From: an uncultured Holophagales bacterium
Lineage (GTDB): Bacteria; Acidobacteriota; Thermoanaerobaculia; Multivoradales; UBA5704
Assembly (NCBI GenBank): GCA_963842525.1
Contig: CAWJGT010000021.1
Location: 1-64,000, forward strand
DNA: 64,000 bases
Direction: 5' to 3'
Part shown: piece by piece, positions 9,193-18,686 of the stretch
Numbering within the stretch: position 1 is the stretch's first letter
Layout of the letters: each line of letters starts with the position of its first letter
Notes under the pieces: model-generated
Told to the model about the DNA's origin: nothing
Seen by the model: only the letters and a program-made list of their open reading frames with translations
The model's database searches: none
Program-made: the position numbers and the translations under genes

Positions 9193-10743
9193 CTACAAAT
9201 ACCCCAACGATTCGAGCAGCTTCCGCGTCTCCTCGTCCATCTGCCGCGGATCGCCGCAGGTGCCACCCTGCTCGTCCACCTCGACCTGGAGCTGCGGCGC
9301 CCGGTCCCAGCTCCACAGCTCGCGCTTCAGGCGCTCGACCTCCTGCGGGAGCTGGTCGGCCAGGTTCTTCGTCTCGCCCGGGTCGTTGGCCAGGTCGTAG
9401 AGCGTGAAGCGCACCCCCTCGCCGCCGATCCAGCGCTGCTCCGGACGGGTCTGCGCGAAGATCAGCTTGTACCGGCCGTCCCGCACGACCTTCTGCCACT
9501 TGTCGTTCGTCTCCCAACCCGCCTCCGAGAACGCCAGGCCTGGATGGGGGAGAGCGCCGCTGCCCCCCTCCGATACCGCGGCCTTGTCCTCACGCGCCTT
9601 CGCCGGAGGAGGAGGGGCCTGGCCGCGCAGGCGCGGCGTCAGGGTCCGGCCCTGCATCCACACGCCGTCCTTCAGGGCCACGCCCGCCGCTTCGAGGACG
9701 GTCGGAGCAAGGTCGACCAGCACGGTCGGCTCCTTGTCCACCCGCGGCCCGAGGACGCCCGGATAGTGGAGGATCAGCGGCACCCGGAGACAGGTCTCGA
9801 AGCTGAACCGCCCGTGGTCGAAGTAGTAGCCGTGATCGCCGAGCGACTCGCCATGGTCGGCGGTGAAGGCGGTCAGCGTCTTGCCGAGCAGGCCGCGCGT
9901 CTTCATCTCCTCCAGCAGCAGCCCGATCTGGGCGTCCGTGTAGGCGATCTCGGCGTCGTAGCGCGCCACGTAGAAGGCGAGCTCGTCGCGGCCGTCGAGC
10001 ATCCGCTCGCTGCCGATCGCCCACATCTGCTGCTTCGGCTTGTCCGACAGCGGGATGCGGAAGGTGGGATCGAAGTGCTCGTCGTTCTGGAAGCGGTCGC
10101 GGAACGGCTCCGGCGGCTCGTAGGGGGCGTGCGGGTCCAGATAGTGGACCCAGAGGAAGTACGGCTTGCCGCTCTGCCGGATCTTGTCCAGCAGGCCGAC
10201 CGCGAGATGCGTCACGGCCTCGGCCCGGTTGGGGTCGGCCCCGTCGGCCCCGTGCGGCAGCTTCCAGGTCTCGACGAAGGTGTCGAACCCCTGGTCGAAG
10301 TAGAACTCGCTCCCGACCGCGCCGTTGGCCACGACCGCGTGCGTGGTATAGCCCTGCCTCTGGAGCGCCTCCGCGAGCATGAGGAACTTGCAGGAGACCG
10401 GCTGCCCGGCCGTGCGCACGATCCGGTTGTCCTTGGCGTACGTCGACGTGAACATCGAAGCGAACGAGGGCGTCGTCTTCGGCCACTGGACCTGCGCCTG
10501 GTCGAAGCGCACCCCCTCGGCAGCCAGCCGGTCGATGACCGGCGAGGTCGTCCGCACATAGCCGTAGCTCGACAGATGGTCCGCCCGCAGGGTGTCGACC
10601 GTAATCAAGAGGATGTTGCTCTTCGCCGGCAGCGGCTCGACCCGGACAGGTGCCGCCTCCGGCTCGCCGGTGCAGGCCAGGAGCGTCGGCAGCAGGAGGA
10701 GCAGGGCCGCAGAGCGGAGAGCAGAGGTCGAGAGGCGGGGCAT
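9193..10743 (-). CDS. Sulfatase-like / alkaline phosphatase superfamily lipoprotein
   Basis: Lipobox LLAC; ITVDTLRADH, TTPSFASMFT (Thr-type nucleophile), YLDPHAPY and ADHGE motifs. Confidence 0.9.
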   Translation of the reverse strand: MPRLSTSALRSAALLLLLPTLLACTGEPEAAPVRVEPLPAKSNILLITVDTLRADHLSSYGYVRTTSPVIDRLAAEGVRFDQAQVQWPKTTPSFASMFTSTYAKDNRIVRTAGQPVSCKFLMLAEALQRQGYTTHAVVANGAVGSEFYFDQGFDTFVETWKLPHGADGADPNRAEAVTHLAVGLLDKIRQSGKPYFLWVHYLDPHAPYEPPEPFRDRFQNDEHFDPTFRIPLSDKPKQQMWAIGSERMLDGRDELAFYVARYDAEIAYTDAQIGLLLEEMKTRGLLGKTLTAFTADHGESLGDHGYYFDHGRFSFETCLRVPLILHYPGVLGPRVDKEPTVLVDLAPTVLEAAGVALKDGVWMQGRTLTPRLRGQAPPPPAKAREDKAAVSEGGSGALPHPGLAFSEAGWETNDKWQKVVRDGRYKLIFAQTRPEQRWIGGEGVRFTLYDLANDPGETKNLADQLPQEVERLKRELWSWDRAPQLQVEVDEQGGTCGDPRQMDEETRKLLESLGYL

Positions 10744-10858
10744 GGGCAAGGTTCCGTCTGATGTCTAGTATGAGCCGCGATAGGTGTTATCCGGTCGAAG
10801 CGGCGGCCGAGGGCGTATCTTAGCCTCAATACAGCTTGATGAGGTCCGCGCTGCCGCC

Positions 10859-10913
10859 CTTCAAAGCCCCATTCATGGGGCGCTGACCCTAGCCCGGCGA
10901 TTCATCGCCGGGG
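10859..10913. repeat. REP-like double hairpin (GCCCCATTCATGGGGC; CCCGGCGATTCATCGCCGGG)
   Basis: Near-identical reverse-complement copy at 41211-41263. Confidence 0.8.
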
Positions 10914-10934
10914 ACCCAGAGGCTTCTCGGAGGA

Positions 10935-11240
10935 CCTGTTATCGATCCAGGCCGCTCTGGATGCATCCGGGGTGAGCCGCGATCGGCGCCGGCCGGCCCG
11001 TATGCGTATCTGTGACCCGCGATGTTTATCGGGTGAGGCTGGATCGATCCCGGACGGCTTGGATGCGTTCCAGGTCACCGCGATCGATCCCGGCGGATTG
11101 TAAGCGTATCGGGTGACCCGCGATGCTTATCGAGCGGCCGGGATCGATCCGGGGTGGCCTGAGATCGATCGCGGTGACTCGGAATGCCTACCGGGTGAGG
11201 CTGGGTCGATCCAGATGACTCTCGATGCTTGTCCGGTCTG
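10935..11240. repeat. Degenerate ~20-21-nt periodic tract
   Basis: GATCGAT/GATGC(T/G)T cores recur every 20-21 nt (e.g. 11021, 11042, 11062, 11083, 11122, 11143, 11163). Confidence 0.6.
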
Positions 11241-11401
11241 GGCCCCCGGAGAGCCGCTCCCTGCTCGCGCGCCTTGGCTCTCAAAGGCAAAGGTGTCCGC
11301 TCGACCTGCAGCTTCGGGCTGCCGCTTTGCTTCGCGGACCGGACTGGACAGGAACTGTGGTATCCTCTGTACACTAATTTTGAAAAACACTGGGAGTCCC
11401 C

Positions 11402-13531
11402 GTGGTACGCCTTCCGCAGGGTTGGAAGCATGGAGTCCGACCAAAGTTGCCTGATGGCTCCGGGAGCTGGCCGGAGGAGAACCCGTCGCTTCCCCTCGAC
11501 AGCATCGGGCGCGAGGACTGGTATGTCGACGGGGAGCCGCAGCAGCCGCCCGCGGTATCGCTTCTGGCGGCCGGCGACATTGTGGGGGGCTACCGGATCC
11601 TCGGGCCTCTCGGCGCCGGGGGCATGGGACAGGTCTTCCGCGCCCGGGACAACGATCTCGAACGCGACGTCGCGCTCAAGCTCCTCCATCCGAAGCTGAC
11701 CTTCCAACCCCACGCCATGAGCCGGTTCCGTCGCGAGGCGCGGCTGCTCGCGGCGGTCCACCACCCGAACATCGCGACCCTCTTCGGCACCTTCGAAGAC
11801 AGCGGCGTCCGTTTCCTGGTGATGGAGCTCGTGGACGGGGAGACCCTGGCACAGAGGCTCGACACTGGCCGGATCGCCGTGCCGGAGGCTCTCGGCATCG
11901 CCCGCCAGATCGCAACCGCCCTCGAGGCCGCCCACCGCAAGGGGATCGTCCATCGCGATCTGAAACCCGCCAACGTCATGGTGTCGCCCGAGGGCTGGGT
12001 GAAGGTGCTCGACTTCGGAATCGCCAAGGTGCTGTCCGGCGACGGGGAAGGCTCCGCCGCCCCGTCCGAGAAGACCGAGAAGACCCGCGCTCAGGGAGCT
12101 CTCGGGACGGCGCCCTACATGAGCCCCGAACAGTTGTGCGGGCTCGCGACCGACTGGCGCATCGATGTCTGGGCCTTCGGTTGCGTGCTCTTCGAGCTGG
12201 TCACCGGCAAGCGTGCCTTCACCGGGAAGTCCCGGACCGAGCTCGTGCGCGCCATCCTCGACGCTGAGCCGTCGTGGAGCGAGCTCCCGGCGGAGCTTCC
12301 GGCCCCGGCCGTGGACCTGTTGCGCCGGTGCTTGGAGAAGGACGCCTACCTGCGCCCGCCGATGAGCAGCGTCCGCATCGTGCTCGAGGAGGCGCTGGCC
12401 GGCCTGCCGAGGATCTCGGGCCCGGCCGAGGTCGCCCCGACGACCCTGGGGATCGATCCGACGGCCTTGGGTCACCTCGACAGCCGCGCTACTGTCGACG
12501 CCAGGAAGCCGATCGAGCGGGCGAAGACGGATGGTCCTGAGCGCAAGCCCTCGCTGCTCGACTGGGCGCGGCAAAAGCCGGTCGAGGCGATCGCCGTCGC
12601 CGGTGCGCTCCTGATGGCGCTCGGCGCAGGTCTGGGCATCCTGGGCCTGGTGACCGAGCGTGCCCGCGAGGGGCTGATCGGGCTTCCGCCGCTCTCCTAC
12701 TCGAAGACCGATCTCGTGCTGACCGGCGTCCAATCGCTCTGGTCCCTGCCCTGGCGGGCCGTGGCCTCTCTGGCCGCGCCACATCCGGTGCTTCGCGGGT
12801 GCGCAATCGCCTGCCTCCTCCTCGCCGCGGCTCTCCTCGCCGGTGCATGGTTCCTGCGGAGCGGGCGCCGGGGGGCGTTGGCGCTCACCACGCTCGCGTC
12901 GAGCGCCAGTGTGCTCATGGTCGGCGCCTGGTTGTACTCGGCGGCAGTCCATACCGGCCTGGAGACCCCTGGCCCGGGCCGCGGCCTTGCCTGCGAAGAG
13001 CAGCTCAGCCTGCGATGGGACGTGAGCGCGGCGTTCGAGACCTGCACCTGGCTGGTCAACGACAACCCGAGGAACGACGAGCGGCGACAGGGTCTGGGCG
13101 GCGTCCTCGGCTTTCTTCTTCTGGCAGCCGGCGGCGGGGCCTGGATGGGAGCGCGGAGCAAGGGTCTCGGGCCGCGGGCGTCGTGGGCTCGGTGGGGCCT
13201 CGTGGCTGTCCACGCAGCCCTCGTCCTGTTTTTCCTCCGGCTGGTGCCGGCAGCCCACGCCTACAGCACCTGGGGTGTGCGCTATCCGCCGGTGACGGTG
13301 AGAACCGACCTGCCCGGCTGCGATCAAGCGCTCGGCCAGGCGCTCGCGGCGGGCTCGTGCTGCGCCTTCAACGTCTCAGAGGACGCGACCGAAGGCACCG
13401 TGTTGCTCTTGTGGGGAAGCGGCTGCCCCGGCGGCGCCGGTTTCAAGGCCCCCCAAGACGTCGAGGCGATCGGCAAGGGCTGCCTCAGCCAGGCTCTGAC
13501 GCCGCAGACCGTGAACAGCCGCTGTCTCTGA
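11402..13531 (+). CDS. Hanks-type Ser/Thr protein kinase with multi-pass membrane C-terminus
   Basis: LGAGGMG, VALK, HRDLKPAN, DFG and MSPEQ motifs, then several TM helices with Cys-containing loops. Start position uncertain. Confidence 0.9.
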   Translation: MVRLPQGWKHGVRPKLPDGSGSWPEENPSLPLDSIGREDWYVDGEPQQPPAVSLLAAGDIVGGYRILGPLGAGGMGQVFRARDNDLERDVALKLLHPKLTFQPHAMSRFRREARLLAAVHHPNIATLFGTFEDSGVRFLVMELVDGETLAQRLDTGRIAVPEALGIARQIATALEAAHRKGIVHRDLKPANVMVSPEGWVKVLDFGIAKVLSGDGEGSAAPSEKTEKTRAQGALGTAPYMSPEQLCGLATDWRIDVWAFGCVLFELVTGKRAFTGKSRTELVRAILDAEPSWSELPAELPAPAVDLLRRCLEKDAYLRPPMSSVRIVLEEALAGLPRISGPAEVAPTTLGIDPTALGHLDSRATVDARKPIERAKTDGPERKPSLLDWARQKPVEAIAVAGALLMALGAGLGILGLVTERAREGLIGLPPLSYSKTDLVLTGVQSLWSLPWRAVASLAAPHPVLRGCAIACLLLAAALLAGAWFLRSGRRGALALTTLASSASVLMVGAWLYSAAVHTGLETPGPGRGLACEEQLSLRWDVSAAFETCTWLVNDNPRNDERRQGLGGVLGFLLLAAGGGAWMGARSKGLGPRASWARWGLVAVHAALVLFFLRLVPAAHAYSTWGVRYPPVTVRTDLPGCDQALGQALAAGSCCAFNVSEDATEGTVLLLWGSGCPGGAGFKAPQDVEAIGKGCLSQALTPQTVNSRCL

Positions 13532-13532
13532 A

Positions 13533-13745
13533 GGGTGTTTGGGAAAATCCAGATGTCGACGTCGCCTTGGACCCTCACCCCCGACCCCTCTCCCATCCGC
13601 ACTCCCTTCCCCCGGGAGAGGGGGGAAAATGCACTGTCAGGAAGCCTCTGGGGGGAGGCGCCCCTCTCCCGGGCGGGTGTGAGTGCGGATGGGAGAGGGG
13701 TCGGGGGTGAGGGAACAGGACTCGCGCAGGAATTTCCAAACATCC
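13533..13745. repeat. Intergenic MITE-like element enclosing a REP doublet
   Basis: Imperfect terminal IR (GGGTGTTTGGGAAAATCC / GGAATTTCCAAACATCC) around an inverted pair of CCCCTCTCCC...GGGAGAGGGG hairpins. Confidence 0.6.
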
Positions 13746-13761
13746 TCCAAGGAGACGCTCC

Positions 13762-15030
13762 ATGCCGCGCGTGCTACTGATCTTCGGCACCGCCTTCATC
13801 CTGCTCGCCGCAGCACAGGCGCCTGATCCGGGGCCGCCGGCCTGGGTCGAGGTCGACCCGAACGCCATCCAGAACGCCGACCAGCCGATGCAGATCGACG
13901 TCGGCGGCATCCCGCAAGGGCAGACGGTGACGCTTCAGATCCTGCAGGATTGCAACAGCGATCACCGGCCCGACCTTCGAGGCCAGGGAGACTGCAAGAG
14001 CCCCCTGGTTGCAAGGAATAGCAGCAAGGCGGGCTCGCGGAACAGGGTCGAGGACTCCCTCGATTTCATCGCCCTGGAAAAGAGCGGCACCTCCCTGCCG
14101 CGGAATCGGGCGCTCTGGCTGCGCGCCTCCCGGCCGGGCTCGCAGCAGGGGGTCCTGACTCTCTTCGGGCTGGTCGACGATCCGTGCACGCTCTGGCAGG
14201 CCACGCTGGAGGTCTTCCGCCTCGGCGCATGCAGCAAGAGCGGCGTGGCCCAGGCGTTGCGCCGCCACCGCGGCCCTCTCGGCTTCGAAGAAAAGACGTT
14301 CGAGGTGAGGCGCCTCGATCCGGCCGGAGACGCACCGCCCGTCTCGATCGCCGGCACCCGGGGAGCGACCGGCGTGGCCTGGCTGAACGCGCAGACTCTG
14401 GTGGTGACCGCCGCCGAGGCCGGGTCGAAGCTCCTCCGCGTACCGCTCCAAGGGGAGCCCACCGTCCTCTGGAAAGACCCGGCGCAGGACGGCCTCTCCG
14501 CCGCCGCTCCGCTGGCTCTTCCCGGCGGCCCTTCCGGCGAGAAGATCGCGTTCGTCCGCCAGAGGCTGCCCGGCCAGGAATCCGCCGAGGGACGGCCCGT
14601 GGCCTTCCTCAGCCTCTGGACCGGCGGGAGCATGGACCCGGCCCACGACGTCGTGCTGCCGTTCCGCATCCAGCAGCTCCTCGCGAGCTCGCCCGACGGC
14701 CGCCAGATCCTCGCCTTGAGCCTTGGGATCGGGGAGAATCTGCCCTCGTTCCTGCAAATCGATCTTGCCGAACGCACGGTCCAGAACCTCGGCTACAGCC
14801 CCACCCTCTACCAGATCGCATTCCGCTCCCCCGAGACCGGGGCTTCGGTCGTCTCTTTCGAGGACGTTGCCACGGACCACGGCTGGGACCTCGTGCTCGC
14901 CGATGACAAGGGCCGCCTCGTCAAAGACCTTCAGGCTCGCAAGCAGGACGACATCCTCCCTGCCTGGCAGCCGGACGGCAAAAGCCTCGCCTACCTGGCG
15001 GAAATCGAAGCCAAGGAGAAGAAGCCATGA
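13762..15030 (+). CDS. Secreted hypothetical protein with TolB-like beta-propeller C-terminus
   Basis: Signal peptide; PD40-like ILPAWQPDGKSLAY and SSPDGRQI. Stop overlaps the next ATG. Confidence 0.7.
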   Translation: MPRVLLIFGTAFILLAAAQAPDPGPPAWVEVDPNAIQNADQPMQIDVGGIPQGQTVTLQILQDCNSDHRPDLRGQGDCKSPLVARNSSKAGSRNRVEDSLDFIALEKSGTSLPRNRALWLRASRPGSQQGVLTLFGLVDDPCTLWQATLEVFRLGACSKSGVAQALRRHRGPLGFEEKTFEVRRLDPAGDAPPVSIAGTRGATGVAWLNAQTLVVTAAEAGSKLLRVPLQGEPTVLWKDPAQDGLSAAAPLALPGGPSGEKIAFVRQRLPGQESAEGRPVAFLSLWTGGSMDPAHDVVLPFRIQQLLASSPDGRQILALSLGIGENLPSFLQIDLAERTVQNLGYSPTLYQIAFRSPETGASVVSFEDVATDHGWDLVLADDKGRLVKDLQARKQDDILPAWQPDGKSLAYLAEIEAKEKKP

Positions 15031-18000
15031 GTCTCCGCAGATGGTTGGTCCTGATTATCTTCGCGCTGGTGGCGGTCCTGGGAACGGCTCAGACGAACGA
15101 GCTGTCTGAAGAAGTGTCCGCCCGTCTGGAAGCCCGACTGAAAGCCTTGTCCGACCGCTGGGACGAGATCCCTCCGCCGTTGATCCCGGTCTCCGGCCGA
15201 TCTTCCGAAGAAATCCTCGCCACGGCTTCCGAGGAGGAACAAGCCATTGTTTCGAAATGGATCACGTTTCTCGCTCTGAGCCTTCCGGCAGAACGCGCCG
15301 CCCTCATCAACCGGGAGCTTCAGGCCCGGCCGCTCTCTGAGGTCGACGTCTGGCTTCCGGAGAGATTCACCGACGATCTTCGAACAACGAGCCTGGAAGA
15401 GCCAATGCTCTATATAGAAGCCTGGCTGGAATGGGCGGAGGCCCTCGGCCGGAAAGACGCGCTTCTCGTGGCTGCCAGCTTGGGGTTGGAGCGGTTAGCT
15501 CTTCGAGCAGAGTCGCAGAGCTTGCTCGAAACTGCCTCTCGCTGGGCAGGCCTTCCCTCTCCGGACCATGCCACACGGGGAAGAGCAGATATCCTCTCCC
15601 AATATGCGGCCCGGCTCTATGCAGCGGGCGAGAACGAGAAGGCTCTCGATACCTACAGAAGCGCTCGCAAGCTCTTCAACGAGGTCGGGGACCGAAGGGG
15701 ACAGGGATACACGTTTAAGGGTGAGGCGGACGTCCTGTATATGTTGGGCGCCAACGAGAAGGCTCTCGACGCCTACAGAAGCGCGCGCAAGATCTTCGAG
15801 CAGGTCGGGGACCGAAGGGGGCAGGGATACACGCTCAATGGTGAGGCGCCCATCCTGCTTCGGTTGGGCGACAACGAGAAGGTTCTCGAAGCCTACAAAC
15901 GTGCGCGCAAGATCTTCGAGGATGTCGGGGATCGAAAGGGACAGGGAAAAACACTTCTTGGTGAGGCGTACTTCCTGTCTCGGTTGGGCGCCAACGAGAA
16001 GGCTCTCGATGCCTATAGAAGCGCACGCAAGATCTTCGAGCAGGTCGGGGACCGTCGGGGACAGGGAAACTCCTTCTTTGGTGAGGCGTACGTCTTGTAT
16101 CTGTTGAGCGAGAACGAGAAGGCTCTCGACGCCTACAGAAGTGCACGCAAGATCTTCGAGCAGGTCGGGGACCAACTGGGGCAGGGAAACACGTTCCGTG
16201 GTGAAGCAGATGCCCTGTTTCAGTTGGGCGAAAACGAGAAGGCTCTCAATGCTTACAGAGGCGCCCGCAAGCTCTTCGAGCAGGTCGGGAACCGACTGGG
16301 ACAGGGAAGCACGTTCCGCGGTGAGGCGGAAGTCCTATCTCGGTTGGGCGAGAACGAGAAGGCTCTCGACGCCTACAGAAGCGGCCGCAAGCTCTACGAG
16401 CAGGTCGGGGACCGACTGGGACAGGGAAACACCTTCCGTGGTGAAGCGGAAGTCCTATCTCGGTTGGGCGAGAACGAGAAGGCTCTCGACGCCCACAGAA
16501 GCGCCCGCAAGCTCTTCGAGCAGGTTGGGGACCGACTGGGGCAAGGGAACACGTTCCGTGGTGAAGCGGAAGTCCTGTTTCGGTTGGGCGAGAACGAGAA
16601 GGCTCTCGACGCCTACAGAAGTGCACGCAAGCTCTACGAACAGGTCGGGAACCGACTGGGACAGGGAAGCACATTCTATGGTGAGGCGGAAGTCCTGTTT
16701 CGGTTGGGCGAGAACGAGAAAGCTCTCGACGCCTACAGAAGCGCACGCAAGCTCTACGATCAGATAGGGAACCGACTGGGACAAGGAAACACGTTCCAGG
16801 GTGAGGCGAACATCCTGGCTCGGGCGGGCGACATCGAGGAGGCTCTCGACGCCTACAGAAGCGCGCGCAAGCTCTTCGAGCAGGCCGGGGACCGAGTGGG
16901 GCAGGGAAACACGTTCGTTGGTGAAGCGGAACTCCTGGTTCGATTGGGCGAGAACGAGAAGGCTCTCGATGCCTACAGAAGCGCACGCAAGCTCTATGAG
17001 GAGGTCGGGTCTCTCGGCGGTCTTGGAGATTCGCTTTTGGGAGAGGCAAGTCTCCAGAGCCGCCAGGGGAGCGAGCGGGATGCAAAGAGCCTCGCCTCTC
17101 AAGCGGTCGCCACCTATCGCAAATTCGGCTCCGAGGGCAGTGAACGGTCCGCTTGGCTCGTCATGGCGGACGCGGAGTACTCTTCAGGGGACTTGGAGCC
17201 TGCGGTCTCGGCTGCCCGGGAGGCTGTTCGCCTACATGCAGCTTGGCGGTCCAAGAGGATCTCCGAATCGCAGCGGGCGGAAGAGGACGAGTCGATCTCG
17301 GGCGCCTATGACATCCTGGTGCCCGTCCTTTTGTCTCAGGCGCGGACGGAACAAGCCCTGGCCGCTGCCGAGGAAGCACGATCCCACGTGCTCCTGGATC
17401 TCCTGGCGGCAGGTTTCAAACATGGCAAGCCGGGGAAAGCGATTGATCTGCGCGCGGAGCGCCGGCGCCTCGAAAGCGAGCTCGCCCAGGTCGAGACCGA
17501 GAGCCGGCAGGCTGCCGATGCAGACCGCCTGGCAGAGCTTCAAATGCACCGGAATCGAATCGATCGCGAGCTCGACTGGAACCAGTACCAAACGCTCGCC
17601 GCCGAGCAGAATGCCTTGCTCACTGCCCAACCTCTGGACACCGAGGGGATCCGAGCCATCGCACGCGAGACCGGGCCCATCCTTCTCTACTATGCGGCGG
17701 ACAAAGAGCTGATCGGCTTCCTCGTACCTTCCCACGGGACGGACGTCTTCGCCGCGCGGATTGATCTCTCGCGAGGCCGCCTGACCGAGGCCGTCCAGCG
17801 GTACATCCACGACGCGGCGAATCCTTTCTATGAGGAGCGTGCGGCTCGACAGAGCCGTGAGCTATGGGATCTTCTGCTCGCGCCCTTCGCGGCGCGTCTT
17901 TCGGCAGAGGGGCCGTCGGGCGGGCCGCTCGTGATCATTCCGCACGGCCCGCTGCACGAGCTGCCCTTCGAAACCTTTCTCGATCCCACCGGAACGCCGC

Positions 18001-18686
18001 TCTTCGAGCGCTGGACCGTGAGCTTCGCGCCCTCGGTGTCGACTCTCGCCCGCGCCCGCGAGCGGCACAAGGAGCCGCAGCCGAAGGATGGATTTCTCGT
18101 CTTCTCCTCCGGCCGTGGGCTGGATCTGCTGGAAGCGGAAGGCGGTGAAGTGGCGCAGCTCTTCGGTAATGACAAGGCGGCGTTCAAGCCGACCGAGGCG
18201 AGCTTCGAAAACTACGAGAACCTGGTTCCCAGCGCCCGGCATCTCCTGATCTCCACGACCGGCACCTGGGCACCAGGAGATCAGCGGAAGACCTATCTCG
18301 AAATTCTTCCCACCCCTGGCGTTCATGACAGCAGGCTGAGTGTGGCGGAGATCGCGGCCATCCCTCTGTCCGCGGAGCTCGTGGCCCTGGAGGCCTGTGA
18401 CACGGCACGGGGAGAGACGCGGCAGACCGACGAGAGGCTCGATCTGACACGGTCATTTCTGATCGCCGGGGCCGCGTCGGTGCTGGCGACGCGCTGGAAG
18501 GTACCGGATGAGCCGGCGACCACCCGCTTCCTCCTCGACTTCTACCACGCCTACCGGCAGGGCGGCCCCGGCGGCAAAGGGCTACGAAAGGACCAGGCGC
18601 TTACCGAAGCCCGCCGCCGCTCGCGCGAGCGGGGCGACCCCGCTCAGGTCTGGGCGGCGTGGATGTTGGTGGGGGATGCACGATGA
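15027..18686 (+). CDS. Exported TPR-CHAT domain protein, paralog 1
   Basis: Signal peptide, 12 x 40-aa TPR-like repeats, and CHAT motifs IIPHGPLHELPFE, LEACDT and WAAWMLVG. Confidence 0.92.
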   Translation: MSLRRWLVLIIFALVAVLGTAQTNELSEEVSARLEARLKALSDRWDEIPPPLIPVSGRSSEEILATASEEEQAIVSKWITFLALSLPAERAALINRELQARPLSEVDVWLPERFTDDLRTTSLEEPMLYIEAWLEWAEALGRKDALLVAASLGLERLALRAESQSLLETASRWAGLPSPDHATRGRADILSQYAARLYAAGENEKALDTYRSARKLFNEVGDRRGQGYTFKGEADVLYMLGANEKALDAYRSARKIFEQVGDRRGQGYTLNGEAPILLRLGDNEKVLEAYKRARKIFEDVGDRKGQGKTLLGEAYFLSRLGANEKALDAYRSARKIFEQVGDRRGQGNSFFGEAYVLYLLSENEKALDAYRSARKIFEQVGDQLGQGNTFRGEADALFQLGENEKALNAYRGARKLFEQVGNRLGQGSTFRGEAEVLSRLGENEKALDAYRSGRKLYEQVGDRLGQGNTFRGEAEVLSRLGENEKALDAHRSARKLFEQVGDRLGQGNTFRGEAEVLFRLGENEKALDAYRSARKLYEQVGNRLGQGSTFYGEAEVLFRLGENEKALDAYRSARKLYDQIGNRLGQGNTFQGEANILARAGDIEEALDAYRSARKLFEQAGDRVGQGNTFVGEAELLVRLGENEKALDAYRSARKLYEEVGSLGGLGDSLLGEASLQSRQGSERDAKSLASQAVATYRKFGSEGSERSAWLVMADAEYSSGDLEPAVSAAREAVRLHAAWRSKRISESQRAEEDESISGAYDILVPVLLSQARTEQALAAAEEARSHVLLDLLAAGFKHGKPGKAIDLRAERRRLESELAQVETESRQAADADRLAELQMHRNRIDRELDWNQYQTLAAEQNALLTAQPLDTEGIRAIARETGPILLYYAADKELIGFLVPSHGTDVFAARIDLSRGRLTEAVQRYIHDAANPFYEERAARQSRELWDLLLAPFAARLSAEGPSGGPLVIIPHGPLHELPFETFLDPTGTPLFERWTVSFAPSVSTLARARERHKEPQPKDGFLVFSSGRGLDLLEAEGGEVAQLFGNDKAAFKPTEASFENYENLVPSARHLLISTTGTWAPGDQRKTYLEILPTPGVHDSRLSVAEIAAIPLSAELVALEACDTARGETRQTDERLDLTRSFLIAGAASVLATRWKVPDEPATTRFLLDFYHAYRQGGPGGKGLRKDQALTEARRRSRERGDPAQVWAAWMLVGDAR
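15625..17040 (+). repeat. 12 tandem 120-bp coding repeats (TPR array)
   Basis: GENEKALDAYRSARKLFEQVGD unit every 120 bp from about 15627 to about 16947. Confidence 0.9.
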